Part shown: positions 1 to 10,481 of the stretch, in pieces
Position numbering within the stretch: the stretch's first letter is position 1
Layout of the letters: each line of letters opens with the position of its first letter
Source: an uncultured bacterium
GTDB lineage: Bacteria; Babelota; Babeliae; Babelales; Vermiphilaceae
Direction of reading: 5' to 3'
DNA: 64,000 bases
Assembly (NCBI GenBank): GCA_963701085.1
Contig: OY969561.1
Span: 640,001-704,000 of the forward strand
The notes under the pieces: generated by a model
Databases searched by the model: none
Told to the model about the DNA's origin: nothing
Seen by the model: only the letters and a program-made list of their open reading frames with translations
Position numbers and translations under genes: made by a program

Positions 1-1
1 T

Positions 2-301
2 CTCGATAAAGACAATTTTCTACCTATTGAAGAAAATCTCGTATGTGACGGCCTCTGGAATAAAAACAAACAGACACTCATATTGAATTTTGATGAAAAA
101 GAAAACCTTGCATTAACCACCGTATTCTATCTTGTTTTGACCGTACCAGAATCAATTGAACCAATCTTAAAAAAAGGGTCTTTTTACCTCGAAGAACAAT
201 GTTTACCAAAACCATTTAAACCATGCGCCCAGAACGAAAAACTATCGCTTGCCATTAATAGCGCCGTCCCCCAAGACCCCCAAACACCCAAAATCCATTA
301 A
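2..301 (+). CDS. 3' end of a hypothetical protein (runs off the window start)
   Basis: The frame of ORF 83..301 stays open back to position 2 (LDKDNFLPIEENLVCDGLWNK...). No recognisable motif. Confidence 0.6.
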   Translation, partial: LDKDNFLPIEENLVCDGLWNKNKQTLILNFDEKENLALTTVFYLVLTVPESIEPILKKGSFYLEEQCLPKPFKPCAQNEKLSLAINSAVPQDPQTPKIH

Positions 302-345
302 ATATCACCACTAACCCCTTACACAAAAAAACAGCCTTTTACCCC

Positions 346-374
346 TTAGCATAAAGGCAATTTTATGCTATAAT
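346..374 (+). promoter_or_regulatory. putative sigma70 promoter (extended -10 TGcTATAAT) overlapped by an inverted repeat TAGCATAAA-N6-TTTATGCTA
   Basis: TTAGCA at 346-351, 17 nt spacer, TATAAT at 369-374. The inverted repeat spans 347-370, upstream of the J-domain gene and dnaJ. Confidence 0.4.
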
Positions 375-430
375 AAGGAGGTAAAATGTCAATTTAGCCA
401 TACAATGTGGCTTCAACTATATGGATTACC

Positions 431-676
431 ATGAAATATTATAAAATTCTCGGCGTTGATTCACTTGCAACATTTGACGAGATTAAAGCAGCATACCGCG
501 CACTGGCAATGAAATACCATCCAGATCGCAACCCTGGTGATAAGGCAGCTGAGGAAAAATTCAAACAAATTCAAACCGCCTATGAAGCACTTGAAGAAAG
601 AAACCTACTTTTCACTCCTAAAATAGACGGTTTACGCTCCAAAGCAAAAAAAGCAGATGAGTCCACAGAGAGCTAA
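431..676 (+). CDS. stand-alone small J-domain protein
   Basis: YYKILGV...[21 protein letters not shown]...[14 protein letters not shown] with the HPD motif. No G/F, zinc-finger or C-terminal domains. ATG at 431 chosen as start. Confidence 0.85.
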   Translation: MKYYKILGVDSLATFDEIKAAYRALAMKYHPDRNPGDKAAEEKFKQIQTAYEALEERNLLFTPKIDGLRSKAKKADESTES

Positions 677-705
677 TAAAGCCACATGACTCCAAAGAGG
701 CCACT

Positions 706-1846
706 ATGAATAAAACAGATTTTTATAAAGTTTTAGGCGTTGAGCGATCAGCAACAACCGATGAGATTAAAACAGCTTATCGTAAACTGGCAATGAAATA
801 TCATCCAGATCGCAATCCTGACAATAAAACCGCTGAAGATAAATTCAAAGAAGCTACTGAAGCATATGAAGTCCTCGGCGATACCCAAAAACGGGATCAA
901 TATGATCAATTTGGTCATGCTGGGATGAATAACGGTATGGGTGGTGGACAACATAGCCATGCAAACAACATGAATATGGATGATATCTTTGAAAATTTTG
1001 GCGATATCTTTGGTTCCATGTTTGGCGGTGGTAGCGCTAAAAATCGTCGTAAAAAAGGACCTCAGCCACAAGCTGGCATATCTTTAACAAAAGAGATTGA
1101 AATAACACTTAAAGAAGCATTCCTTGGCACTAAAAAAGAAATTGCTTATCATCACTTCTTTTGTTGTGAGGCATGCAGTGGAACAGGTGCCCGCACAGGA
1201 ACAAGCGCTCAAACATGTACCACCTGTAACGGTTCTGGTGAAATGCACTTTAAACAGGGCTTTTTTATGTATGCGCAAGCATGCACCAGCTGTTCAGGAA
1301 AAGGATTCATTATCCCTGCGCCATGTTCTTCATGTAATGGCCAATCACGCGTTCAACGCTATGACAAATTCACCGTCAATATACCTCGCGGTATTTTTGA
1401 CAATGCAGAACTCCGCGTCAGTGAAAAAGCTGATGCTGGACTCTATGGCGGTCCTGCTGGCGATCTTTTCTTGCATATTCGCGTCAAAGAAGATAAAACA
1501 TTCAAGCGTGACCAAGACGATCTTATTTGCCATGTAATGCTTACATACCCACAACTTACCCTTGGTTGCCAGGTTGATATTGAAAGCATTGATGAGACAA
1601 AACATGCAATAAAAATTCCAAAAGGCTGTCCTGTTGGAGAAAAAATTGTTATTGCTGATGAAGGTTTTTATAAACTACGTGGCAAAACCCGTGGAAACCT
1701 GATTATCATCACCCAATGCTTTATTCCTCACAAAATATCTGCTGAGGCAAAAAAGAAACTGCAAGAGTACTCCAGTATCGTTGGCACACAAACAAGCGAT
1801 GGCGAAGGCTTTATTACCAGCTTTCTTTAAAAAATTCTTGGGTTAA
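706..1846 (+). CDS. dnaJ: chaperone DnaJ (probable 1-nt insertion near 1822; the ORF as read stops at 1830)
   Basis: J domain with HPD, G/F region with DIF motifs, four CxxCxGxG-type repeats and a C-terminal domain. Removing one T gives the ending ...SFFKKFLG* at 1846. Confidence 0.95.
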
Positions 1847-1871
1847 TGAGATTTTTTATTATGTCTTACAG

Positions 1872-1903
1872 GCGCCTGCACTCAACAAGTGCGGGCGTTT
1901 TTT
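1872..1903 (+). terminator. intrinsic terminator after dnaJ
   Basis: Stem GCGCCTGCACT / AGTGCGGGCGT followed by a T-tract. Confidence 0.8.
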
Positions 1904-2051
1904 CATGTGAACAACCTCAGGTTAAATAAAACTGTTGATTTTCAATTTGAAAATTTAACAAACTGTAAAAGTGGCTATAATTAACCTTTTTTAACCCAGG
2001 GGTTTCCAGGATGGAGAAAAATAAGACATTATCTTAAAAAACAGCGAGCTA

Positions 2052-3828
2052 ATGAAGCTGATAGCTTTATTTGCAATCATTTTTGCAATAAACATGTTTG
2101 CTATGAATGCACCAGAAAAAGCCGCCGCATTGAGCATCATGAAGCAATCTCCACTGGCGTCGAGCGGCGGCAAACGACAGGAAAACCTGTGTCCAAACAA
2201 CAAATATTTTATCTATGAAACAAATACAAAGAATGGTATCTGTATTAACAAAGAGATAGCCAAAACCTGCAAATACATTAAAAATATGATCGACGATCTT
2301 GGCGGCGATGAACCAACAGAAATTTCTATTCCCTGTTCTATCGATACCATAAAATTGGCTTTTCATGTTTTAAATAAAAAAATTAAAATTAACATCAATA
2401 AACTTTCACTCGACCAAGTTATTAATATTGCTAATCTTTTTAATTTTTTAGAAGTTCCAACAGATGAATTAAGCATCGTTTTAATTAAAATCAGCGAACG
2501 TATAAAAAAAAACAGTAACACTCTATATAACACCTTAAAAGAGTTACATCCTGATTTACAAAGATCTTTAATGACTCAACCCGCTATTGATTATTTAAAA
2601 GATTGTATTGTTAGACAGTATACAAACATTACAAGAGAATCACTCAGCAACCACCTCTCCGATATTCGTTCCGTAGCATTCGGTCACGATAGCACCAAAT
2701 TTATTTCAGGCAGTTTAGGTTTATCAAATAATCTTACACTATGGGATATAAGTAATCTCTATCACATTACTCTCGATCACTCAATGGCCCTCAACAAGAC
2801 ATTATTTCCGTAGCATGTAATCACAAAGGCACACAATTTGCTTCCGGTTCTGCAGAAAATCAAAATAATCTTGTCCTCTGGGATATAACTGATCTCAATA
2901 ATATAAAACATCGCGTATTAAATGGTCATCCAGCGGATGTTAACTCAATAGCATTTAGCCTTGATGGCACAAAAATCGCCTCTTGCTGCAAAGGAGATCA
3001 AAATAATCTGATTCTCTGGGATATAAGTGATCCAAACAATATCACCCATAAACGCTCATTGGTCATCAAGACACTGTTTATTCAGTAGCATTTAACTCTG
3101 ACAGCACAAATCTTGTTTCTGGTGGTAGGGGAGACCAAAATAATCTTATTTTATGGGATATAAGCGATCCGAACAATATCACCTCGCAAGCGCTCGTTGG
3201 TCATCAAGACACTGTTTATTCAGTAGCATTTAATCCCGATAGCGCCACCATTGCTTCCGGACATGATGACGATAAAAACAATCTTGTTCTTTGGGATATA
3301 CGCAATCCAAACAATATTACCCATCAAACACTCATTGGCCATCCAAAATCTGTTCAAACTATAGCCTTTAGCTCTGATGGAAGAAGAATGTTATCTGGCT
3401 GCTGTGGCGATAAAAACAATCTCATTTTATGGCACATAAACAATCCTAACAACATTACGTATCAATCACTCACAAGCCCCCATAGTGGCGTTTTATCAGT
3501 GGCGTTCAGTCCTAACGGTAAAAAAATGATTTCAGGAGGTCATGGTACAACAGATCAACTCTTTTTGTGGACGCTTTTAACAGACCAGCAAGAACTACTG
3601 CTGAATAACCTAGAAAATTATAAGATTGATCCTATAAGATTAATTTATCAACTCTGTTTACAAGCAGGGCAAGGCAAAACAATAACATTCAAACAAGACA
3701 GCGAAGAACAAAAGGTATTTGCAACATTACCACAAGAGATGCAGGATTTATTGAATGATCTCTTAATGTCTCACAATTCTTTTTGGTTTTACAAATTATG
3801 GGATGCTCTCATAGAAAGAGGAATGTAG
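2052..3828 (+). CDS. exported Skp1/BTB-like plus 7x WD40 repeat protein, split by two single-base deletions (~2771, ~3050)
   Basis: Signal peptide; IAKTCKYIKNMIDDLG...ANLFNFLEV resembles the Skp1/POZ fold. Seven 46-aa repeats of the form GH..V.SVAF..D...SG...NNL.LWD run across frames 3, 2 and 1. Confidence 0.8.
3059..3233 (+). repeat. 138-bp-period intragenic WD40 repeat, two copies identical over 37 bp
   Basis: TTGGTCATCAAGACACTGTTTATTCAGTAGCATTTAA at 3059 and 3197. Confidence 0.9.
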
Positions 3829-3848
3829 AAAATAAAGAGCGATATATT

Positions 3849-4979
3849 TTAGATACCAATACCACGCTTTTTTAAACTTTTACGAGAAATAGATTGGGTA
3901 TGGTTACGTTCCATACCCATTTTTTGTAAAAAGTGATAAAAAAATTCACGATCAGGACCTTTAACAACTGCCTGTTCATGGGCTTCTGCCAATGCTACAG
4001 GATACCCGCCACCTTTAATGCATTGATCAATAACTATTTGTGCAATAAAATCTACCATTTTTTCATCCTGCGCAATCCATGATGGTATTTCCACTCGACC
4101 AATTTCATTACCGGTATGAAGATAAAAAAAGAACGGCCTAAGATGGCCGGGATAATAAGCACTAATGCTACTATGATTACTAAAAACAATAGACCGCGTG
4201 TAAGGCTCCAAAACGCTGTACATTATTCCACTATCAATCACCGCATCTACTGATTCATAAAGCTCTTTTTTTTCAACATCAAAATCACACAAATACAAAC
4301 GAACCAAACTCATCAACTCTTTACTTTTTGGCATACTAATATACCAGCATATAACCGTTTTTTCATGATAAAGCTCATCTAAGAGTGCAAGATACGCATT
4401 TAAAAACTGATCTCTGACACCACTATCCTTGGATGATAAGTGCCAAAAAATTAATGACCCATCAAAAAGCAATAAAGATGGCATACTCTCACCATATTCA
4501 CTTTTTATTTTTTTACTTAAATCAAGACCGGCTCGCAGCTCAAGCTCCTGACGTTTACAATTAACACCATCAGTGGTAAAAGGCTGCTGATTTTCATCAA
4601 CCCCTGCAAAAACTGTTGGCTCTGAAAATAACTGAACACGTCTATTTTCACTATTATACGGCAAAACAACAGATCCGGTGTTAATGAGGCAACATGATAA
4701 AACATTATGCCTATCAGGGTAAATTTGCGATCCATCAACAGAAAGTACTACATGAGGATACATCACTTTTTGAACGGGAATAATATCAGCAAGATTATCA
4801 TCCCACAGCGGCACAGGCCATGGCGCATTGCTGACCTGACGAACTCTATATACAAATGTTGAATCATCAATAATAGACTGCCAAATATCTTGGGCAAGAT
4901 GATAGGAAGGAGTTGTATCAATAAAGAGCTTATCCGCAACGTTGGCAAGCTCTACAAGTAACTTTAACCGGTCTAACAT
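3849..4979 (-). CDS. nurA: NurA-family DNA double-strand break repair nuclease
   Basis: Motifs SVDGSQ, LLFDGSL and GYPVALAEAHEQAVV. Confidence 0.85.
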   Translation of the reverse strand: MLDRLKLLVELANVADKLFIDTTPSYHLAQDIWQSIIDDSTFVYRVRQVSNAPWPVPLWDDNLADIIPVQKVMYPHVVLSVDGSQIYPDRHNVLSCCLINTGSVVLPYNSENRRVQLFSEPTVFAGVDENQQPFTTDGVNCKRQELELRAGLDLSKKIKSEYGESMPSLLLFDGSLIFWHLSSKDSGVRDQFLNAYLALLDELYHEKTVICWYISMPKSKELMSLVRLYLCDFDVEKKELYESVDAVIDSGIMYSVLEPYTRSIVFSNHSSISAYYPGHLRPFFFYLHTGNEIGRVEIPSWIAQDEKMVDFIAQIVIDQCIKGGGYPVALAEAHEQAVVKGPDREFFYHFLQKMGMERNHTQSISRKSLKKRGIGI

Positions 4980-4992
4980 AGCAACAACTACT

Positions 4993-5373
4993 CTATTTTA
5001 TTGCGTTTTTATAGTCACGTATCCCATTTTGTAAAGCTATTAGTGATAAAAGGCCACATAACAACCTGACTGGCCCCAACTGCATCCCCAGCATAGCAGC
5101 AAGATCATCCTTATCAAGAGTAAGAATATCGTCGAGAGGCTTATTTTTAACAAATTCAGATAGCAATGATGCAGCTGCTTGGCTAATCACGCACCCCTTA
5201 CCTTTAAAAAGAACGTCACGCAAGTTATTATCTGTAATAAAGCCCGTAAAAAGAACTTCATCTCCACAGGAACTGTTGCGTTGTTCTGAATAGAAATCGC
5301 AATGATCAATAACCCCATTGTTACGTGGGTTACGATAATGATCCATCAATATTTCTTGATAAAAATTAAGCAT
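4993..5373 (-). CDS. sufU: SufU/IscU-like Fe-S scaffold or sulfur-transfer protein
   Basis: YQEILMDHYRNPRNNG, NSSCGDE, GKGCVISQAAAS and PVRLLC carry the three conserved Cys. Confidence 0.88.
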   Translation of the reverse strand: MLNFYQEILMDHYRNPRNNGVIDHCDFYSEQRNSSCGDEVLFTGFITDNNLRDVLFKGKGCVISQAAASLLSEFVKNKPLDDILTLDKDDLAAMLGMQLGPVRLLCGLLSLIALQNGIRDYKNAIK

Positions 5374-5581
5374 ACACCGTTCCATAACCTAAAAAACCTA
5401 TATTTTTAGTATATCACACCTGAAAAAAAGAATTAAGAACGCAAAGAAAGAGCCCTTCTGTCGAACGAATCATTCTAAAAACATAAATATATTGCTGTTT
5501 GTATTCTTAGAATGATAAAATGAGGGTAGATACTCATAAAGGACATGTGAAAAAATGTTTTTATATAAAAGGAGAAATCTC

Positions 5582-6073
5582 ATGAAGAAAATATATCTTA
5601 GTCTTTTAACGGCCATTACAATAAGCGGCCTTGCTACATCGCAAGCAAAAGCAGACATTTACTTACATAATAACTATGGCGCTATTATAGAGTACGCTAA
5701 CTTTCAATCAAGCACAGCCTATGCAAAAGACCCCTATGCAGCGGCGATGGTGAATACAAAATCACTCGGACTCGGACATGGAAACAGGGTAAGACTAAAT
5801 GTTGCTGCTTCTGCGCGAGAGATGATGCAACAAATTCCCACTGGAGCACCGGCATGGTATCTCTTCATTCGCAAAGTTAATGGTAACTTCGCCGATATCA
5901 CCGGCAGATTAATACAAGCTATGGAAGAACAAAAATATCATTCAGGGAACAACGCAATAATATACATTGAACCTACAGCGTATTCTGATATGCCATTTGG
6001 TCGTTGGACCACTAGAATTGAATGGGAAAAATCAGGAAATGTACCTATGACAGAAAGTACGGTAGGTAAATAG
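5582..6073 (+). CDS. exported hypothetical protein (paralog A)
   Basis: AAGGAG RBS; signal peptide MKKIYLSLLTAITISGLATSQAKA. Confidence 0.8.
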   Translation: MKKIYLSLLTAITISGLATSQAKADIYLHNNYGAIIEYANFQSSTAYAKDPYAAAMVNTKSLGLGHGNRVRLNVAASAREMMQQIPTGAPAWYLFIRKVNGNFADITGRLIQAMEEQKYHSGNNAIIYIEPTAYSDMPFGRWTTRIEWEKSGNVPMTESTVGK

Positions 6074-6102
6074 TTTTAATTATAAAAAAAGGAGAAATCA
6101 TC

Positions 6103-6545
6103 ATGAAGAAAATGTATCTCAGTCTTTTAACGGCAATTGCAATAAGTGGCCTTGTTACATCGCAAGCAAAAGCTGACGTTTACAAAGGTGACGTTTACCC
6201 TGTTTTAAAAAATAACTATAGCGCAGATGTAGAGTATATCGAACGAGGAAGAGGATGCAGAAAATTATACCAAACAGATGTCTTATCGTGTAAAGACACT
6301 TGCCAATGGAAAAGAAGTCAGACTGACAAGTTTCTTCTTTCTTGATGAGCTTTCCATTCGAACAATCGGTGGTAGATTTCACGATGTTTCCTCGATACGG
6401 ACACAAATTAACAATGAAAAGAACCAACATGCAAATCGAAACGCCAGTAATTACCATTAATAGAAGCTTAAATCCTTATTATGCTTTATATTGGAGCCTA
6501 ACTCTCTCTTGGGAACGACAACTAAATATAAACATTACAAAATAA
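6103..6545 (+). CDS. exported hypothetical protein (paralog B), split by two +1 indels (~6250, ~6446)
   Basis: Near-identical RBS and signal peptide to 5582..6073. Joining ORFs 6103, 6278 and 6342 gives end-to-end similarity to paralog A (NNY.A..EY, VRL, IR...G.F.D, H...NA.I.I, W....WE). Confidence 0.7.
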
Positions 6546-6555
6546 CACACTCTTT

Positions 6556-6592
6556 AGACGCCTGATTGCTTTATAGAATCGGGCGTCTTTAT
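6556..6592 (+). terminator. intrinsic terminator
   Basis: Stem AGACGCCTGATT / AATCGGGCGTCT followed by a T-rich tail. Confidence 0.75.
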
Positions 6593-6675
6593 TTTCAAAT
6601 ATGTTATTTTTGATATTTTCCCCCAATAATGCTATACTGAAAATGTATCGTTTCAATAGCCTAAAAGGGAAATGT

Positions 6676-7671
6676 ATGAAAATTCGCCAATATACCTTTC
6701 AACTACTTATCATCTTAGCCTGCTGCTGCTCCATAGCACCCTCTTTTGGCAAGGTTTCTAAAAACTTTATTTTTGACTTTGGCGGCGTACTTATTGAAAC
6801 TAACAAACGCGTATCATTCCAACACCTTGGCATGCTCAATCTTGCTACTTATGCCGCTCGGCACCGATTAAATCCGTTTACTCTTGACCATCATATCAAA
6901 ACAGCCCTTTTTGCAACGCTGAACGCCATAGCGCGAGAACATAACCTTGATGCAACACTTACATCATATCACCCTGCTTATGATGAAACAGGATCCCCAT
7001 TACCCCTGCTGATGTGTGCATGGCTCCAAGGAACCATGAACTGCGCAGAAATTAGATCTTTGATAGATACCACGATTACCACTCACCCAGAATGGTTTAA
7101 ATGCCGTGCAGAACAACGCATTGTTGAAAATGTCTTACTGATGATTTTTACACCAGAACACTTTATAAACTCTCGCAAAATATCAGCGGCAGGAATTGCG
7201 TTTATCAAGAAATGCAAACAAGAAGGCCACAAAATATACGGTCTTTCTAACTGGGATCCAGAATCATTTGCATTATTAAAAGGAAAATACCCTCATTTGT
7301 TTGATCTTTTTGATGGCATCATTATCTCCGGACACGTCAATGCAAACAAACCTCACGCAAGCATTTATCACGCGCTTTTGGAGCGCTATCAATTAGAACC
7401 ACAACAATGCTGGTTTATTGACGATCAAGAAGAGAATGTAGTGGCCGCGCAAAAATTAGGAATTAATGCCGTCATACACAGATCATGCTTTAAAAAACTC
7501 ATCCAACAAATTAGATTAGCTTATTCTAAATCAGTTACTCGACGGGAAAATTTTAAGAATAGTGGCATCATTGCCACCAAAACCAACACTACCAACAATG
7601 CTATAATTGATGGTGAAAATATGTCACTAACAGATTCCACCATATATAGCTGTCTGCCTGCGAATGCATAA
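6676..7671 (+). CDS. HAD-superfamily hydrolase with an N-terminal signal or anchor
   Basis: FIFDFGGVL (motif I), GLSNW (II), NKP (III), FIDDQEENV (IV). The 3' end overlaps the next gene by 151 bp. Confidence 0.85.
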   Translation: MKIRQYTFQLLIILACCCSIAPSFGKVSKNFIFDFGGVLIETNKRVSFQHLGMLNLATYAARHRLNPFTLDHHIKTALFATLNAIAREHNLDATLTSYHPAYDETGSPLPLLMCAWLQGTMNCAEIRSLIDTTITTHPEWFKCRAEQRIVENVLLMIFTPEHFINSRKISAAGIAFIKKCKQEGHKIYGLSNWDPESFALLKGKYPHLFDLFDGIIISGHVNANKPHASIYHALLERYQLEPQQCWFIDDQEENVVAAQKLGINAVIHRSCFKKLIQQIRLAYSKSVTRRENFKNSGIIATKTNTTNNAIIDGENMSLTDSTIYSCLPANA

Positions 7672-8216
7672 ATAAAAAGAATAGGCAATGAACCGACAAA
7701 TGTTGTCCAAATAAATGTAATGGTAGAAACGTTTGCCAAGGCCGCTAAAACGTTAATAATAAAATAAGGGATAACTCCCATCAGCTGCATTGTTAATAAA
7801 TAACTAGCCGCACCATGCGATGCTATCTTTTCATTAAACCGTTCCAACTTTTGCGCATATTTCCCTCTAATCACATTGCCCAACACATATTTAATCAATA
7901 AAAATGAAATTGTAGTACCAACGGTTGCACTGATACTTGCATAAATACCTGCTGGCAAAAAACCAAATAAAAAACCACCGATCATGGTTAACGGTGGCAC
8001 TCCTGGCATACCAAGAGAGATAATTGCAGCATATATTGCCATAAATATGACAACCGCCTGCAAATAATTACGCTTTACAGCTTCTTCCAAATAAACTCTA
8101 TTATCTTGCAATGATGCTAATGAAAAATATTCATGCAGCCCCATATACCATGCAATTGCCACGATAACTGCCACAACAGAAGTTGCTAATAACGCTTTTT
8201 TCATTCCACTATTCAT
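7521..8216 (-). CDS. TVP38/TMEM64 (DedA/VTT domain) membrane protein
   Basis: PG...LT..GGFLFG...G......AT.G...SF and ..P..IIN...AL...F...T..G.LP patterns; several TM segments. Confidence 0.85.
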   Translation of the reverse strand: MNSGMKKALLATSVVAVIVAIAWYMGLHEYFSLASLQDNRVYLEEAVKRNYLQAVVIFMAIYAAIISLGMPGVPPLTMIGGFLFGFLPAGIYASISATVGTTISFLLIKYVLGNVIRGKYAQKLERFNEKIASHGAASYLLTMQLMGVIPYFIINVLAALANVSTITFIWTTFVGSLPILFIYAFAGRQLYMVESVSDIFSPSIIALLVVLVLVAMMPLFLKFSRRVTDLE

Positions 8217-8302
8217 ACCACCTCCCTAATACTAAACTACTCAGATATATATGATTATACCTGATAATAGAAAATTGTTGCAGTATAATTAAGAATTATT
8301 CC

Positions 8303-9459
8303 CTAATTCAGATGCTTTCTAATCTGCATCTCAGCAAATGAATACGGTTCAACGGGATAGTTAATAACTCTGTTACCGTTACTACATCGTTGCGTAAAAG
8401 ACAACACCTCATCGACACTTGTTTGCAAATTATCAATTTTCTCATCGGTATTTTTATGATCTTGAATTATTAAATTACCAAATAAATCAATTTTATTATT
8501 TTGAACAACTATCAAATCATTAGCGATTTTCTGCCCTGCTTTGAGATTGTTTATCTCTTGCGTTAAAGCTTCCAATTCCTCTCTACGCTTTTTCTCTTTT
8601 TCAGCTCTTATTTGCTTTTTAGCGGCAGCCTGTAAGGCTCTTTTTTCTACTTTTTTTATATCTATTTCAAAAAATTTTCGCTCTATACAAGTCTCAGTTT
8701 TATTTGGCAACGAAGAGATTTCTTCTTTCAATCCTACAACATTTTCTCTAACCCTATTTACTTCAGTAATAATTGTTGCGCATGCTCTTCGTTATTGGCA
8801 CCAATTCTTCTTTATGTTGCACCGCTTGATCAGACAACTCTTTATTTATTTCTTTCAGCATCTTCAAGTAGTTTCTGTGTATTAGTTTCCGCTTGCAGAG
8901 AAAGACGATCAAGCTTTTTATCCATATTTTCTAGCTGCTGTTTTATACTACGAATCATACCCCCAATAAAACTAACACCTCCAAGAGCACCACCAGTTAT
9001 CGGAAATCCCACCGCATACCCAACAACCAAACTTCCGCCTGCTCCAACCATATATATTTTATTGTTGTATATATAATGTTCCATAGAACCAAATAAAAAC
9101 TGAGCCGCTTTTTTTAATGGTATTACCGCAATTTTAAGTGGCCCTGCAATATACACCGGAAAGTATTCATCAATATAAGAATCGGCATCTATACTATTTT
9201 TAATTGAATCAACTATCTGATCTTTATTTTTATACACAATAAACATCAAAAACCCCACAATTATAACTTTTATCACCGTCATTTGATCAGGAAAAGAAAT
9301 AAGCCTTTTTACTCCCAAACCCCATTCACCACCAAAACTTGCTTGTGAACCGGGAATAGGATAGTGCATTTGGTTATATTCACTTGCTACTATCATCACG
9401 GGATTTAAGCACAACAATATCATAACAAAAGAGCGAATAGAGCTCAGCATATATGCCAT
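8303..9459 (-). CDS. hypothetical membrane-anchored coiled-coil protein, probably one gene broken by about three indels at 8770-8860
   Basis: ORFs 8842..9459 (signal, TM hairpin, coiled coil) and 8303..8731 (coiled coil) can be bridged by heptad-like sequence (EINKELSDQAVQHKEEL.. NNEEHAQ.. IITEVNRVRENVVGLKEE) in shifting frames. Confidence 0.55.
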
Positions 9460-9635
9460 AAAAAATTCCTCAACTCTGTCATTTTATAAATTTCTATCTG
9501 CATGATTACATAATACAATACTTTAGTGTACAAGATACTTATTAATAGGCAAATTTCTCAACAATAACTTGCATACAAAAAAAGTAATGTTTTACTATGT
9601 TAACAAGAATGAGATTATATAACAGGGAGAAGACT

Positions 9636-10481
9636 ATGAAATTGTATCGCTCTATCGGCATTTCATTCCTACTTATGTGCATCTGCGCAATGGCAAGGGC
9701 TCCAAAAAAAATAATTGCTCCTGATAACGCTCAAAAACAGATCATTATCTTTGATCTTACCAATGTATTAATCAAAGAAAACCAAATAGGATTTGCAAAA
9801 AAAATAGGGTATGGAACGCTTGCAAGCTATACCATAACCCATTGGAAAAGTCCTGGGTATCGTTGTTTGGATATGCTGCATGAAATGAGTAATCATGAAA
9901 CACAAAAACCTCACATTACTATCACGCTCAACAAAAGAATAATGCCACGATGCCTTGTTGAACTCCAAGAAGGTAAAAAAACATGCGCGCAAGCAAAAGA
10001 TGAAATTACTCAAGGCATTAAACTGCTCGATGCTCAAAATTTTTTCAGTAGTAGCAAGGAAAAATCCCTGATGACAAACATCATGGATCTTATACTTGAT
10101 CCAGAAACCGCAGCCTCTATCATTGAACCAGCAAAACCTACCGTACAACTGATACAAAAATTAAAAGCTGCAGGGCATGAAGTTTATCTTTGTGGTAATG
10201 CACCAAAAGAATTATACGCGACCGCAAAAATAAAATTATTTCATATAATAGAACATTTTGATGGTGTTGTTATTTCATCAGAAGCAAAAGCAGTAAAACC
10301 AGACATTGCTATTTTTAATCATTTAACCAGTACATATAATCTTAATCCTGCCAACTGCATCGTCATCGAAGATCTTGAAGAATCTGCCGCCACGGCAAGA
10401 ACGTTGGGCATGCAAGCAATAGTGTTTGATAAAATATCACATGTGACGAATAAGTTAAAAAAGTGTGGGGTAATAATTTAA
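9636..10481 (+). CDS. HAD-superfamily hydrolase-like protein, paralog of 6676..7671
   Basis: IIFDLTNVL, LCGNA, VKPD and VIEDLEES; N-terminal signal-like segment. Confidence 0.8.
   Translation: MKLYRSIGISFLLMCICAMARAPKKIIAPDNAQKQIIIFDLTNVLIKENQIGFAKKIGYGTLASYTITHWKSPGYRCLDMLHEMSNHETQKPHITITLNKRIMPRCLVELQEGKKTCAQAKDEITQGIKLLDAQNFFSSSKEKSLMTNIMDLILDPETAASIIEPAKPTVQLIQKLKAAGHEVYLCGNAPKELYATAKIKLFHIIEHFDGVVISSEAKAVKPDIAIFNHLTSTYNLNPANCIVIEDLEESAATARTLGMQAIVFDKISHVTNKLKKCGVII

Noticed and set aside
374-397. Perfect TAAGGAGGT followed by ATG-TCA-ATT-TAG, in frame with the J-domain ORF (possible amber readthrough or leader peptide)
   Set aside because: The SD-to-ATG spacing is only 3 nt, the SD overlaps the putative -10 box, and TAG is used as a normal stop elsewhere in the window.
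2690-3570. Regularly spaced repeats as a CRISPR array
   Set aside because: The 138-bp period encodes WD40 blades; there are no unique spacers and no cas genes.
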